A stretch of 64,000 bases of DNA from an uncultured bacterium. Its GTDB lineage: Bacteria; Patescibacteriota; Saccharimonadia; UBA4664. Positions 1 to 9,338 of this stretch are shown here, one piece after another. The stretch is from assembly GCA_963720265.1 (NCBI GenBank), contig CAVRET010000002.1:264704-328703 (forward strand). Reading direction: 5' to 3'. The notes beneath the pieces are model-generated. The model saw only the letters and a program-made list of their open reading frames with translations. It had not been told where the DNA came from and did no database searches. A program made the translations under genes and the position numbers. The number at the start of each line of letters is the position of its first letter. Positions within the stretch are counted from its first letter, which is position 1.

Positions 1-360
1 AGCTCATGGTTATACTCGCACGCCTCACGCCGCAACATCTCATAGTGATGCCCAGTCGATACCCGCTCATCATGATTCAACCGGCCACTGTGGAGTTGCT
101 CGCGGTCTTCATCCAACTGCTGCTGCAAGAGTGCCTGCTCCCTCCCTCCCAGCACCACTCGGGCCAACCGCGCCAGTTCCGGCTGCTCCTCTTCGTCAAC
201 GTAATATTCTTCGGCCGTCCGAATCGCCTCGTTCAGGCCCCATTCTCGCCGCAATTCATCAACAAACGTCAAAATCTCGACGCTTCGGTGCGCAAACGCT
301 TCCGGCTGAAGCGGCTCGGTCGCCATGCGGCTGCGAACTTGCAGGCCGTCTATAGTCTTC
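1..360 (-). CDS. hypothetical protein, N-terminal part (ORF runs off the window start)
   Basis: Minus-strand ATG at 358-360 opens an acidic, Glu/Arg-rich reading frame (MKTIDGLQVRSRMATEPLQ...) that stays open to position 1. The overlapping plus-strand ORF 6..692 looks like a high-GC antisense artefact. Confidence 0.3.
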
Positions 361-481
361 ATAGCTCAAGCCTAGCATCAAACAAAAATAGAGGCCAATT
401 GCCTCTAAAAACATTCCGACCCCGGAAGCGCCATACTGGCGCCCCCGGGGTCATCGCCGCAGATAGAGCTTACGCCCGGTA

Positions 482-946
482 TCAATTGAGGCTCGAGACA
501 GCGAACCAGCCGAGCACTTCATATCCGGGTATGCCCAGGATCGCTGCCGGTCGCTGCTCCGGATCATGTCCGGTTACAGCAATGATCACAAGCATCCCGC
601 GGCCACTCTCGGCGTCATCCCGCTGCTGCGGCACCTTGAGTTCGGGAGCCTGCGGCTCAGCGCTGGAAACGCCGATCTCCAGGCGCTGCTGATGAGGGCC
701 GAGACGCAAGTCCGGCACAAGACGTACATGCACGACAGCCGTCCATGCTAGCGCCTCCGCGGATCCGTGTTGGACCACATTCGTGAGCAGCTCGGAAACG
801 ACCAGGATTGCATCGGGGCCGAAATCAGCCAGACCCCACCGCTGCAGAGTCTCGGAAACGGCTTGCCGACTCAACCTAATGGCCTCGGGTCGAGGCTGGA
901 ACCCGATCGAAAACTCCTGCATCGTCACCAACGGATTGCTGTTCAT
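482..946 (-). CDS. anti-sigma regulatory factor-like HATPase (RsbW/SpoIIAB-type Ser kinase fold)
   Basis: ILVVSELLTNVVQHG and GRGMLVIIA motifs are typical of the GHKL anti-sigma factor ATPase domain. Length 154 aa. Confidence 0.5.
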   Translation of the reverse strand: MNSNPLVTMQEFSIGFQPRPEAIRLSRQAVSETLQRWGLADFGPDAILVVSELLTNVVQHGSAEALAWTAVVHVRLVPDLRLGPHQQRLEIGVSSAEPQAPELKVPQQRDDAESGRGMLVIIAVTGHDPEQRPAAILGIPGYEVLGWFAVSSLN

Positions 947-1050
947 GACGCCCTCCCTTCACGAGGGTCTCGAATAGTTGCAACCACCAACGAAGTACAT
1001 AATACCATGTAAAACATCAAAAAGCAATAACTTGGCCAGAAAGCCGCTAC

Positions 1051-1081
1051 AAAAAACAGAGACCCGGCCGGGTCTCTGTTT
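1051..1081. terminator. intrinsic terminator downstream of groEL
   Basis: Perfect 10-bp stem acagagaccc/gggtctctgt with a ggcc loop, flanked by A5 on the plus side and T-run. On the minus strand it reads stem then TTTTT, 30 nt after the groEL stop. Confidence 0.6.
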
Positions 1082-1111
1082 CACCTGCACATTTATTTTT
1101 AGAACTGGGGC

Positions 1112-2767
1112 TTAGTAATCCATCCCCATGCCGCCAGGCATGCCGCCACCACCCGACGCCGGCTTGTCCTCCGGCAGCTCAACAATCAGCGAGCCCATGG
1201 TCATAGCCGTGCCCGCAATCGAGACCGCGTTCTGTACCGCCTCGCGCACTACCTTAGCCGGGTCCACAATACCCTTGGACTTCAGGTCAATAAGCGTACC
1301 CGCATCAGTCACGTCAAAGCCTTGGCCGCCTTTACCGGCCAATACCTGGGGCAGCTTTTCGTCCGGATTAAGTCCCGCGTTGCCCATCAGCTCGCGGAAC
1401 GGCTGCACCAGAGCACGTTTCAACACCAGGTGTCCGGCTTCCTCGCTCGAGCCAATCTTGGTCGGCTCCACGGACAATTTCTTGGAGAGATCAACGAGTG
1501 TCACGCCGCCACCAGGCACAATGCCCTCAGCCACCGCCGCCTTGGTCGCGTTCACGGCGTCATCCACGCGGAACTTCTTCTCCTCGATCTCGGTCTCAGT
1601 GGCGCCGCCAACCTTAATCACAGCCACCTTACCGGCCAGCGCCGCTAACCGCTTCTCCAGGTTCTCCTTGTCGTACTCGCTCGAGGCATTTTCAATCTGA
1701 GCACGAATTTCCTTAATCCGACTATCAATATCCTGGAACTTGCCGCGCCCTTCAATGATCGTGGTGTCATCCTTGCCCGCAATAACCTTACGAGCCTCAC
1801 CAAGTACCTCGAGCGTGGCGTTCTCAAAGCTAACGCCTTGCTCATCACTAATCACGGTAGCACCAGTCAACACTGCTATATCCTGCAGGATAGCCTTACG
1901 ACGATCACCAAACGCCGGCGCCTTAATTGCAAGCGTGTTAAACACACCTTTCAGGCGGTTCAGCACGAGCGTCGCCAGCGCTTCACCATCCACGTCCTCG
2001 GCAATAATCACGAGCTCCTTCTTGCCGCTCTGCGCAATTTTCTCAAGCAACGGTAAAATGTCCTGAATACTCGAGATTTTCTTGTCAGTGATCATGATCA
2101 GTGGCTTTTCGTAGCTCGCCTCCATACGGGCCGGGTCAGTCACCATATAGGCGCTCACATACCCGCGGTCGATCTTAAAGCCTTCAACAATTTCTTTCTC
2201 AAGACCCAAGCTCTGCGACTGCTCCACGGTCACCGTGCCGTCCTGGCCGACTGCTTCAATCACATCGGCTATCAGCTCGCCAATTTCCGGATCGCCGGCC
2301 GACACCGTCGCCACCTGGGCTACCTTCTGCCGGTTGCCAACGATCTTCTCAGTCACGCCCTCGACGCCGCCGAGCACGTTCGCCGCTGCCGCATCCAGGC
2401 CCTTCTTCAGGTCCATCGGATTGTGGCCGGCCGCAATCAGTTTGTTGGCCTCGTTCAAGATATGATAGGTCAACACCGTCGCAGTCGTCGTACCATCACC
2501 CACCGTGTCGTTAGTCTTCGAGGCCGCCTGCTTCACCAGCTCGGCGCCCACACCGCGCCCAAGCGTCTCGTCGTCACGCGCCGGAATCTCCACCGCCTTC
2601 GCCACCGTCACGCCGTCATGTGTTACGGTCGGACCGCCGTAGCTCTTACTCACCACCACGTTGCGGCCCTTCGGACCCATCGTTACCCGTACCGCCTCGT
2701 ACAGCTCCTTGGCGCCGGCGAGAACCCGAGCCCGGGCATCGTCATCGTAAAAAATCTTCTTTGCCAT
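1112..2767 (-). CDS. groEL: chaperonin GroEL (Hsp60)
   Basis: 551 aa. Starts AKKIFYDDDARARVLAGA, carries the ATP-binding and apical-domain motifs, and ends in a GGM-type tail (GGGGMPGGMGMDY). Confidence 0.97.
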   Translation of the reverse strand: MAKKIFYDDDARARVLAGAKELYEAVRVTMGPKGRNVVVSKSYGGPTVTHDGVTVAKAVEIPARDDETLGRGVGAELVKQAASKTNDTVGDGTTTATVLTYHILNEANKLIAAGHNPMDLKKGLDAAAANVLGGVEGVTEKIVGNRQKVAQVATVSAGDPEIGELIADVIEAVGQDGTVTVEQSQSLGLEKEIVEGFKIDRGYVSAYMVTDPARMEASYEKPLIMITDKKISSIQDILPLLEKIAQSGKKELVIIAEDVDGEALATLVLNRLKGVFNTLAIKAPAFGDRRKAILQDIAVLTGATVISDEQGVSFENATLEVLGEARKVIAGKDDTTIIEGRGKFQDIDSRIKEIRAQIENASSEYDKENLEKRLAALAGKVAVIKVGGATETEIEEKKFRVDDAVNATKAAVAEGIVPGGGVTLVDLSKKLSVEPTKIGSSEEAGHLVLKRALVQPFRELMGNAGLNPDEKLPQVLAGKGGQGFDVTDAGTLIDLKSKGIVDPAKVVREAVQNAVSIAGTAMTMGSLIVELPEDKPASGGGGMPGGMGMDY

Positions 2768-2769
2768 AA

Positions 2770-3033
2770 TTACCCTTTCACCACCGCGAGGACATCTTCC
2801 TCTTTAACAATCAGCAACTCTTCGCTGCCCTGCTTAAACCGGTTTGGGCCATACTCTGAGTGAACGATGTTATCGCCCACCTTCACTTCTTTTACGTCCT
2901 TGCCGACTGCCAACACCTCGGCCACCTGAGTCTTTTCCTTGGCCTGGTCGGGCAGCAGGATTCCGGCCGGACTCGTCGATTCCGCCTCCACCGGCTTGGC
3001 CACAATCCGATCGGCTAATGGTTGTAGTGCCAT
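2770..3033 (-). CDS. groES: co-chaperonin GroES (Hsp10)
   Basis: 87 aa (MALQPLADRIVAK...AGILLPD...), 2 nt upstream of groEL in one operon. Confidence 0.95.
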   Translation of the reverse strand: MALQPLADRIVAKPVEAESTSPAGILLPDQAKEKTQVAEVLAVGKDVKEVKVGDNIVHSEYGPNRFKQGSEELLIVKEEDVLAVVKG

Positions 3034-3090
3034 AGCGTTCTCCTCATTACTTCAACAACATGCCGCCATTACCCGCGGCTTTAGCTTATT

Positions 3091-3117
3091 TTAGCACTCA
3101 TTACTCATGAGTGCCAA
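3091..3117. promoter_or_regulatory. CIRCE (HrcA operator) inverted repeat upstream of groES
   Basis: TTAGCACTC-N9-GAGTGCCAA matches the CIRCE consensus TTAGCACTC-N9-GAGTGCTAA with one mismatch. It lies ~60 nt upstream of the groES start. Confidence 0.8.
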
Positions 3118-3261
3118 GTATCCCCCAACGGCAAGCGTAGCTTTATGGTTTTTCCCAGTCAAGAGCCAAGGCAGCGAATCGCCCGTTTCCTCAAGCTCCA
3201 AACTATGCTACAAATGCGAAACGCCTGAAGCATCACAGTCCCTAGAGGAAGGATACCTATA

Positions 3262-3642
3262 ATGTCGCCCGAATTGCCGGCAGATGTAATGGCAGTACTG
3301 GATACGGTCGTACGCGGAATGAGGGACCGCGGCGCGGTCATCGTTGACCTCAGCACCATCGACTCGGGCTTCTTTTCGGCCCACAACAGCACCATCTTCG
3401 GCTATCTGCAGGAGCGCCTGCGCGCCATAAGTAATAACGAACTGGAGCTGTGCTACGCCGAACCCAGATTGTTCGCTACAACAATACCGGGAGATGCGTT
3501 GTATCTCGCAGTTTGCCCGTCGTCATTCGCCATGCGTGCGCAAATCACGAAGCCGGACGAGGGTGTCACGCTCTACCTCGTCGGTCCCTATCGGGACGGT
3601 TGTCGGCTCAACGGAATCCGGCAACAACCGCCGCCCCGCTGA
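3262..3642 (+). CDS. hypothetical protein
   Basis: 126-aa ORF preceded by a GAGGAAGGA ribosome-binding site. No recognisable domain. Confidence 0.4.
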   Translation: MSPELPADVMAVLDTVVRGMRDRGAVIVDLSTIDSGFFSAHNSTIFGYLQERLRAISNNELELCYAEPRLFATTIPGDALYLAVCPSSFAMRAQITKPDEGVTLYLVGPYRDGCRLNGIRQQPPPR

Positions 3643-3776
3643 GCCGCTTTGGCCAGCGCCGTGAGCAAGGTCCGAGCCCAACCGCCGGACCTTGCTCGCT
3701 TGTCACGCCGGAGTCAGCATCGATGCCAAATTGTCGTATGTATCTGAAATTACGCCGATTTTCACCCTACACCACA

Positions 3777-5222
3777 CTACGACGGCGCATTATCGTCCGA
3801 CAGCACATGCACGTTAGCACTAATCTTCGAACGCCAGTCAACCTCATGGAAACCATGCAGCAGCTTCGACAGATAGTTCTTCAATTCGTCATATTCCGCC
3901 TGCGTCTTACCCTCGAGCTTAAGCCCCAGATACGGCCCGTTTTGAGAGTACCGGATCACAAACATCGACTCCGGCAAATCCAGCCGTACCCCGTCGCCGG
4001 CCCGCTCGTCGTCCACCACTTCGGCCTGCGGAAAATCACGGCGCACAATCTGGCCTAGCTTCTCTACCAGTGCCACCTTTTTATCATCCGCGCAGCTCAA
4101 TTTCACCTCCGGGCTCGAGATGTACTGCGGCAGCTCCGCCACCACCTGCGACAACGTCTTGTCCGTCTCCGCCAGATAGTGCAACAGCCGCATCGTCGAG
4201 TACAAACCGTCATCGTGGTTGTGGAAGTCTGCCGAAAAAAAGAAGTGGCCGGACAGCTCACCAATAAACGCTGCTTTCACCTCTTGATTCTTCTTTTTCA
4301 AAAACGAATGTCCGACGCGCCACATAAACGGTTTGCCACCGTGCGCCACAATTGTCTCCGGCACGGCCTTAGAGCAAAACACGTTATACATGATGGTCGC
4401 GCCCGGATGCTGGCTCAGTACATCAGCCGCAAAAATCGCCACCAGCACATCATTCCAAATAAGGCCGCCGCGCTCGTCCACGATCCCTATCCGGTCGCCG
4501 TCAGCGTCGTAGGTAAAGCCCACGTCGGCGCCTGTTTTCAGAACCTCAAGCCGCACCCGGTTAAGCACGTTCTCTTCGGTTGGGTCAGCAATCCCCAACG
4601 GAAAACTGGGATCCACCGTGGTGTTAAACTCAAACACTTCGCAACCCGCCTGTCGCAACAGGTCCGGTGCCAGCGCCCCGGCCGTTGTGCAGCTTGGGTC
4701 AACCACCACCTTGAGCTTGCGTGAAAGCTTCACCCTCCTGGTTAGGTCGTCAAAATAGGCCTGCCGAATATCCTGCTCACTGTGGCCCGCCGGCGTCTCT
4801 GCCAGATCATAGTCCTCGGTTTCCACCATGCGCCGCATTTCCTGGATCCCGTCGGTCACCAGCGTCTCCGAGTAATCATCAGCAAACTTGAAGCCGTTAA
4901 ACTCCGGGGGGTTGTGCGATGCGCTCACAAACACCCCACCCGGCCGCTTGAGATAATACTGCGACCAATAAAACGTCCCCACCAGCGTCATGCCAATGTC
5001 TACCACGTCCACGCCGGCCTCGCCCAAGCCAAGTATCAGCTCACGGCTATACTCAGGACTCGTCGCCCGCGAATCATGCCCTACCACGGCTTCGCGAATC
5101 CCTTTGCGTGTCAGATACGTTCCAAACGCCCTACCTAAATGCCTAGCCAGTTCTGGGCTGAGGTCTGCACCAACCAGCCCGCGTAGATCATAACCACGAA
5201 AAATTTGCGGATTAACCTTCAC
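3777..5222 (-). CDS. phosphomannomutase/phosphoglucomutase (alpha-D-phosphohexomutase family)
   Basis: Active-site loop VSASHNPPEFNGFKF and metal-binding DADGDR, typical of the PMM/PGM family. 481 aa. Confidence 0.9.
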   Translation of the reverse strand: MKVNPQIFRGYDLRGLVGADLSPELARHLGRAFGTYLTRKGIREAVVGHDSRATSPEYSRELILGLGEAGVDVVDIGMTLVGTFYWSQYYLKRPGGVFVSASHNPPEFNGFKFADDYSETLVTDGIQEMRRMVETEDYDLAETPAGHSEQDIRQAYFDDLTRRVKLSRKLKVVVDPSCTTAGALAPDLLRQAGCEVFEFNTTVDPSFPLGIADPTEENVLNRVRLEVLKTGADVGFTYDADGDRIGIVDERGGLIWNDVLVAIFAADVLSQHPGATIMYNVFCSKAVPETIVAHGGKPFMWRVGHSFLKKKNQEVKAAFIGELSGHFFFSADFHNHDDGLYSTMRLLHYLAETDKTLSQVVAELPQYISSPEVKLSCADDKKVALVEKLGQIVRRDFPQAEVVDDERAGDGVRLDLPESMFVIRYSQNGPYLGLKLEGKTQAEYDELKNYLSKLLHGFHEVDWRSKISANVHVLSDDNAPS

Positions 5223-5324
5223 TCCAGTCCTTCCGAAACTTACTTAGTTTTCAGTGTAGCATCACACACAGATCCCCCGGGGCCATGGCCCCGGGGGATC
5301 GGCTTTTCACGAGTTACGAAGCAC

Positions 5325-5720
5325 CTACGGCACAAGGTAGCCGGCACCCCGCAGCGCGTTCGCGAAGCGGTTGTACACTACCGCCGCCAGGTCTGGGTCG
5401 ATGCTCCGTTCCGTTGAACCCGAGGGAAGGTCACTTGCCGGACGGCGGATCACCATGGTTGTCGGCGCTACCCAGGCAGCCTCCAGGCCGTATTCACGCA
5501 GTACGCCAGACATAAGATTGAGGAAGCGCCGCCTGGTACGGCCAAGTTCCACATCACCTCCCTCGGGATATCGGTAGAGCCGCACGGTCACCCAGAAGGC
5601 TGAGGGGATTGGCTGCATCTGCCTATTAAGTGGACGCGCGGTCCTCAGCTCTACGCCGATCACTGGGGCGGCGTCCACTTGTTGCGGTCTACTCAAGGTT
5701 CCTCCAAGGTTGGTGAGCAA
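5325..5720 (-). CDS. hypothetical protein
   Basis: 131-aa ORF with no recognisable motif. The true start may be an internal Met. Confidence 0.3.
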   Translation of the reverse strand: MLTNLGGTLSRPQQVDAAPVIGVELRTARPLNRQMQPIPSAFWVTVRLYRYPEGGDVELGRTRRRFLNLMSGVLREYGLEAAWVAPTTMVIRRPASDLPSGSTERSIDPDLAAVVYNRFANALRGAGYLVP

Positions 5721-5794
5721 GTAGACTTCTGGGACTCGCGAAAACTACCAGGAAAGCGAATAAGAGTCAATTACGCATGGTACCATGACGCCAT

Positions 5795-6316
5795 ATGATC
5801 GAAATCATCTTCGTAGCCCATTCGCAAACCACCGACAACGCCGAGGGTATCGCGTCCGGCTGGAACGACCCTGACCTTACCCCGAAAGGTATCGCCGATG
5901 CACGGGCCGTCGGGCAACTCTTAGCTAAGAAACAAATTGACGCGGCTTTCGCTTCGAACCAGGTGCGCGCCGTCCACACCGCCCGGTACGCACTTGAGGG
6001 CCGCAATCTCGCGATCAAGCAGGATTCTCGGCTGCGTGACGTAAACTTTGGTAACCTTACCGGCCGCCCGCGTACAGAAATCCGCCCCATCAAGGCCGGC
6101 TTCATCAAACAGCCCTATCCAAACGGCGAGAGCTACCAGGATGTGCTGAATCGTTACCAGGCATTCCTAAACGAGCTGAGGCACTCTTACGCAGGCCAAA
6201 CTGTTCTCCTTTGTGCTAGCGGAGTCTTCCCCTTAGAGGCCCTCATCAACGGCCGCGGTCTGGCGGAGGTGCTGTCAGATAAAGTCCCCACCTACCGCAC
6301 CTTCCGCCTGCTATAA
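5795..6316 (+). CDS. histidine phosphatase (phosphoglycerate-mutase-like) family protein
   Basis: N-terminal IIFVAHSQTTDN...DPDLTPKG resembles the RHG-type catalytic loop of branch-1 histidine phosphatases. 173 aa. Confidence 0.5.
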   Translation: MIEIIFVAHSQTTDNAEGIASGWNDPDLTPKGIADARAVGQLLAKKQIDAAFASNQVRAVHTARYALEGRNLAIKQDSRLRDVNFGNLTGRPRTEIRPIKAGFIKQPYPNGESYQDVLNRYQAFLNELRHSYAGQTVLLCASGVFPLEALINGRGLAEVLSDKVPTYRTFRLL

Positions 6317-6325
6317 TCAAACCCT

Positions 6326-7267
6326 ATGGCCAAGTCGACTCCCGTATCACTCATTGGCGTGCCGCTCGACCTCGGCGCCAAAAACCTCGGCGTCGACATG
6401 GGTCCTGATGCCTTCCGCTACGCCGGCGTTATCGAAAAACTGGCCGGCGCCGGCCTCGACCTTCACGACCAAGGTACGATCGAGGTCGCCGACCGCTCAA
6501 GCCTCGAGCCCGGCAACCCGCACTTGCGTTACGCCAAAGAAATAATGCGCGTCTCAAATGAATCCGCTGAGTTCGCCGAAAAGCATATCCGGGCCGGCCG
6601 ACGCGTTGTTGGCCTCGGCGGCGACCACTCCATGACGCTCGGCCTTGTTTCCGGGATTTCGACTGCGTTAGCAGGCGACCTCGGCCTCATCTATCTCGAC
6701 GCCCACGGAGACATGAACACCGACATCACCACGCTGAGCGGAAATATTCACGGCATGCATCTCGCTTCACTCATTGGGTTTGGCACACCTGAGCTGGTGC
6801 AGGTTCATACCAAAAAAACCAAGATCGCGGGGCAAAATCTCCTTCACATCGGCGGCAGCGACTTCGACCCGGCAGAACTTGAGCTTATAAGTCGCGAGCA
6901 TCTCGCCGCCTTCACACTGATGGATTTGCTAAGATCCGGCCTGGCTCCACTGTTTGACCGCATTGACGAGCTCGCGGCCCGCGTCTCCAATTTCTACGTT
7001 TCACTCGACCTTGATGTTATCGACCAAATTTATGCCCCCGGCGCCGGTATGCCCAACGCCAAAGGCCTCACCTACCGCGAGATCGCTACCATCGCCGAGT
7101 ATATCGGTGCACGCTGCCACGTCGTGGGGGTCGACGTCGTCGAGTACAACCCGCTCCAAGACGACCACGGTAAAACTGCCGAGCTGGGCATTGAGCTCAT
7201 CGCCAAGTTCCTCGGCACCAATTATTCCTGGTACACCAACTACATGGCGCGCAACCAAGTCGGCTAA
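6326..7267 (+). CDS. arginase/agmatinase-family ureohydrolase (arginase-like)
   Basis: Mn-binding signatures GGDHSMTLG, DAHGD and SLDLDVID. 313 aa. Confidence 0.85.
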   Translation: MAKSTPVSLIGVPLDLGAKNLGVDMGPDAFRYAGVIEKLAGAGLDLHDQGTIEVADRSSLEPGNPHLRYAKEIMRVSNESAEFAEKHIRAGRRVVGLGGDHSMTLGLVSGISTALAGDLGLIYLDAHGDMNTDITTLSGNIHGMHLASLIGFGTPELVQVHTKKTKIAGQNLLHIGGSDFDPAELELISREHLAAFTLMDLLRSGLAPLFDRIDELAARVSNFYVSLDLDVIDQIYAPGAGMPNAKGLTYREIATIAEYIGARCHVVGVDVVEYNPLQDDHGKTAELGIELIAKFLGTNYSWYTNYMARNQVG

Positions 7268-7276
7268 AAAGCCACT

Positions 7277-8599
7277 TTAAGCTGTCCGCCCCTGCCTCTC
7301 CAACACCGCTGCCCTTGCTGTGCCCGGCTCGTCCCACGGTTCCTCGCCGCCAGCCTCGCGCTCAATCGTCTTCTCGTGCCCTTTACCCAAAAACAGTACC
7401 GCATCGCCTGCCTGCGCCAAGCTTACACCATACTTCATTGCCTCAGTCCGGTCATGAATGAGCCACAAATCCTTATTCCGGACCTTGCCGGCCCGCTCCG
7501 CCCCTTCGGCAATCTGTTCCATAATATGCTGGCCATCCTCGCCCCGATCGTCCTCTTCCGTCACCACCACAAGATCCGCATATTCGCCCGCCAGCTTTCC
7601 TTGCAACGGCCGCTTCGCCACGTCCCCGGTCCGCCCCTGCGAGCCGAAAACCACGATCAGCCGCCCCTTCACAGTCGGCTTCATATCCCTAAACAACTTC
7701 TCAAAGCTATCCGGCGAGTGCGCATAATCCACGATTGCGGCAAAATCCTGTCCCTCATCAATCCGTGTCATCCTACCTTCCACGTTCTTCAGTGCTGCAA
7801 TCCCGTGTTCAACCTGCTCATCCGTTAGCCCCAACACCAGCCCAACCCCGGCCGCCGCCAAGCTATTCTCGATATTAAAGCTCCCCGGCAACGCCGTAGA
7901 AACGTGTAGCCTCCGTTCGCCGTAGCGCAAGTCATAATCATTGCCGGCAGGTGTGCTCTGCACGTTGGTCGCCACCAGATCAACTTGATCCTGCTTGAGG
8001 CTGTACTGCACCGCTTTGGGCACTGCGGCCGCAAAGTACGGCGCACTCGGGTCATCGGCATTCACGACCCCGGTTCTCAGCCCACGCTGGTTAGCCGCCG
8101 CCAGTCGAAATAGCTTCACCTTGGCATCACGATACCGCTCAAATGTCCGGTGGTACTCCAGGTGCTCATGCGTCAAATTGGTCATCACGGCCACACTGTA
8201 CGGAATCCCCCATACCCGGTTTTGCGCCAACGCGTGGCTCGTCGTCTCAAGTATCAGCCACTCGATCCCGCTCTCCTTACGCATCTGCTTAATCCGTTCC
8301 AGCAACACTTTCGTGCCCGACGTCGTCATATGCGTCATTTGCTCATGCAAATGGTCACCCGCCCCATAGGCGACCGTACTCATCAGCCCCACCTTGTAAC
8401 CCGCCTCGCGCAGCATCGTGTAAATCATAAAGCTCGTAGTCGTCTTACCGTTCGTGCCGGTCACACCGATGACCTTGAGTCTCCGGGCCGGAAACCCAAA
8501 CCGCACCTGCCACATCACCGCCTCAAGCAAATGGCCGGTAGGTTCGATCGTCCGAAACAAATCCTGCGGAATCAGGGCCTTCACCAGCTTGCGAAACAT
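7277..8599 (-). CDS. Mur ligase family protein (MurE/MurT-like, lacking the usual N-terminal domain)
   Basis: P-loop VIGVTGTNGKTTTS ~45 aa from the N-terminus. A C-terminal VDYAHSPDSFEKL motif resembles the MurE DYAHTPDAL motif. 440 aa. Confidence 0.75.
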   Translation of the reverse strand: MFRKLVKALIPQDLFRTIEPTGHLLEAVMWQVRFGFPARRLKVIGVTGTNGKTTTSFMIYTMLREAGYKVGLMSTVAYGAGDHLHEQMTHMTTSGTKVLLERIKQMRKESGIEWLILETTSHALAQNRVWGIPYSVAVMTNLTHEHLEYHRTFERYRDAKVKLFRLAAANQRGLRTGVVNADDPSAPYFAAAVPKAVQYSLKQDQVDLVATNVQSTPAGNDYDLRYGERRLHVSTALPGSFNIENSLAAAGVGLVLGLTDEQVEHGIAALKNVEGRMTRIDEGQDFAAIVDYAHSPDSFEKLFRDMKPTVKGRLIVVFGSQGRTGDVAKRPLQGKLAGEYADLVVVTEEDDRGEDGQHIMEQIAEGAERAGKVRNKDLWLIHDRTEAMKYGVSLAQAGDAVLFLGKGHEKTIEREAGGEEPWDEPGTARAAVLERQGRTA

Positions 8600-8669
8600 C
8601 CGGGCTCCTCAGTTACCACTCAAGTATGCCACAACCAATCAGCGACTACGCCAGGGTCGGAAACTGAGA

Positions 8670-9338
8670 TTAAGCGGGTGGGCGTGTTTTCGGCCCCAGC
8701 CGCTCCGCTCGGCCGTAGCCACGCTCGGTCAAAAATTCATACGCCTCCCAGACCTCGGTGGGTATATCCTGTTCAATCTGAAATCCTTTCGCCGGGTACT
8801 CACGGATCCGCCACAAATCACCCACCAATGCGTTCTCAATGACCCGCCGTTCGGTGCCACCGTGTTCCATCCACTCTGCGATCTCAACCGGCGGCGACGT
8901 CATAATCAGTTCACGCTCCGGCCACCATTTCGCAAGCGTCGCAAACGCCCGCCGCTCCATGTAGGGCTGAGTTGCCACGATCACAGTCTTTGGATCCAAG
9001 CCCTGTTGCTTCCATAATTCACCCGCCAAATATGCGTTCTCACCGGTATTATTCGACCGGTCCTCAATCAGGATCTTGTCCACCGGCACACCGCGCCGCC
9101 TCATGATATCCGCGAACACTTGCGCTTCCGGCCGGTCCCAGTTGCCGGTCACATCGCTTTTGTCTCCGCCGCCGGACGCTGTAATGAGTGGCGCCCACCC
9201 GTCTAAAAATAACCCAGCCGCCCATTCCGGCACGCGTGTATCGTAACTGCCAAGTACCAAGAGCATATCGGCCGGTCTCAGTCCCTGGGCCATATGCATG
9301 TAAGTCCAAATCCGCTTAAACGCGCGCTCTTCGGTCAT
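8670..9338 (-). CDS. DUF218 (YdcF/ElyC/SanA-like) domain protein
   Basis: LVLGSYDTRVPEWAAGL...ITASGGG is a DUF218 core. 222 aa. Confidence 0.65.
   Translation of the reverse strand: MTEERAFKRIWTYMHMAQGLRPADMLLVLGSYDTRVPEWAAGLFLDGWAPLITASGGGDKSDVTGNWDRPEAQVFADIMRRRGVPVDKILIEDRSNNTGENAYLAGELWKQQGLDPKTVIVATQPYMERRAFATLAKWWPERELIMTSPPVEIAEWMEHGGTERRVIENALVGDLWRIREYPAKGFQIEQDIPTEVWEAYEFLTERGYGRAERLGPKTRPPA

Noticed and set aside
6-692. 228-aa plus-strand ORF at the window start
   Set aside because: It overlaps the minus-strand anti-sigma-factor-like gene and a minus-strand partial ORF, and its composition is Arg/Pro/Leu-rich. This is a typical antisense ORF in high-GC DNA.
1128-2066. Several plus-strand ORFs (190, 108, 108 aa) inside groEL
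   Set aside because: They are antisense to an unambiguous groEL reading frame.
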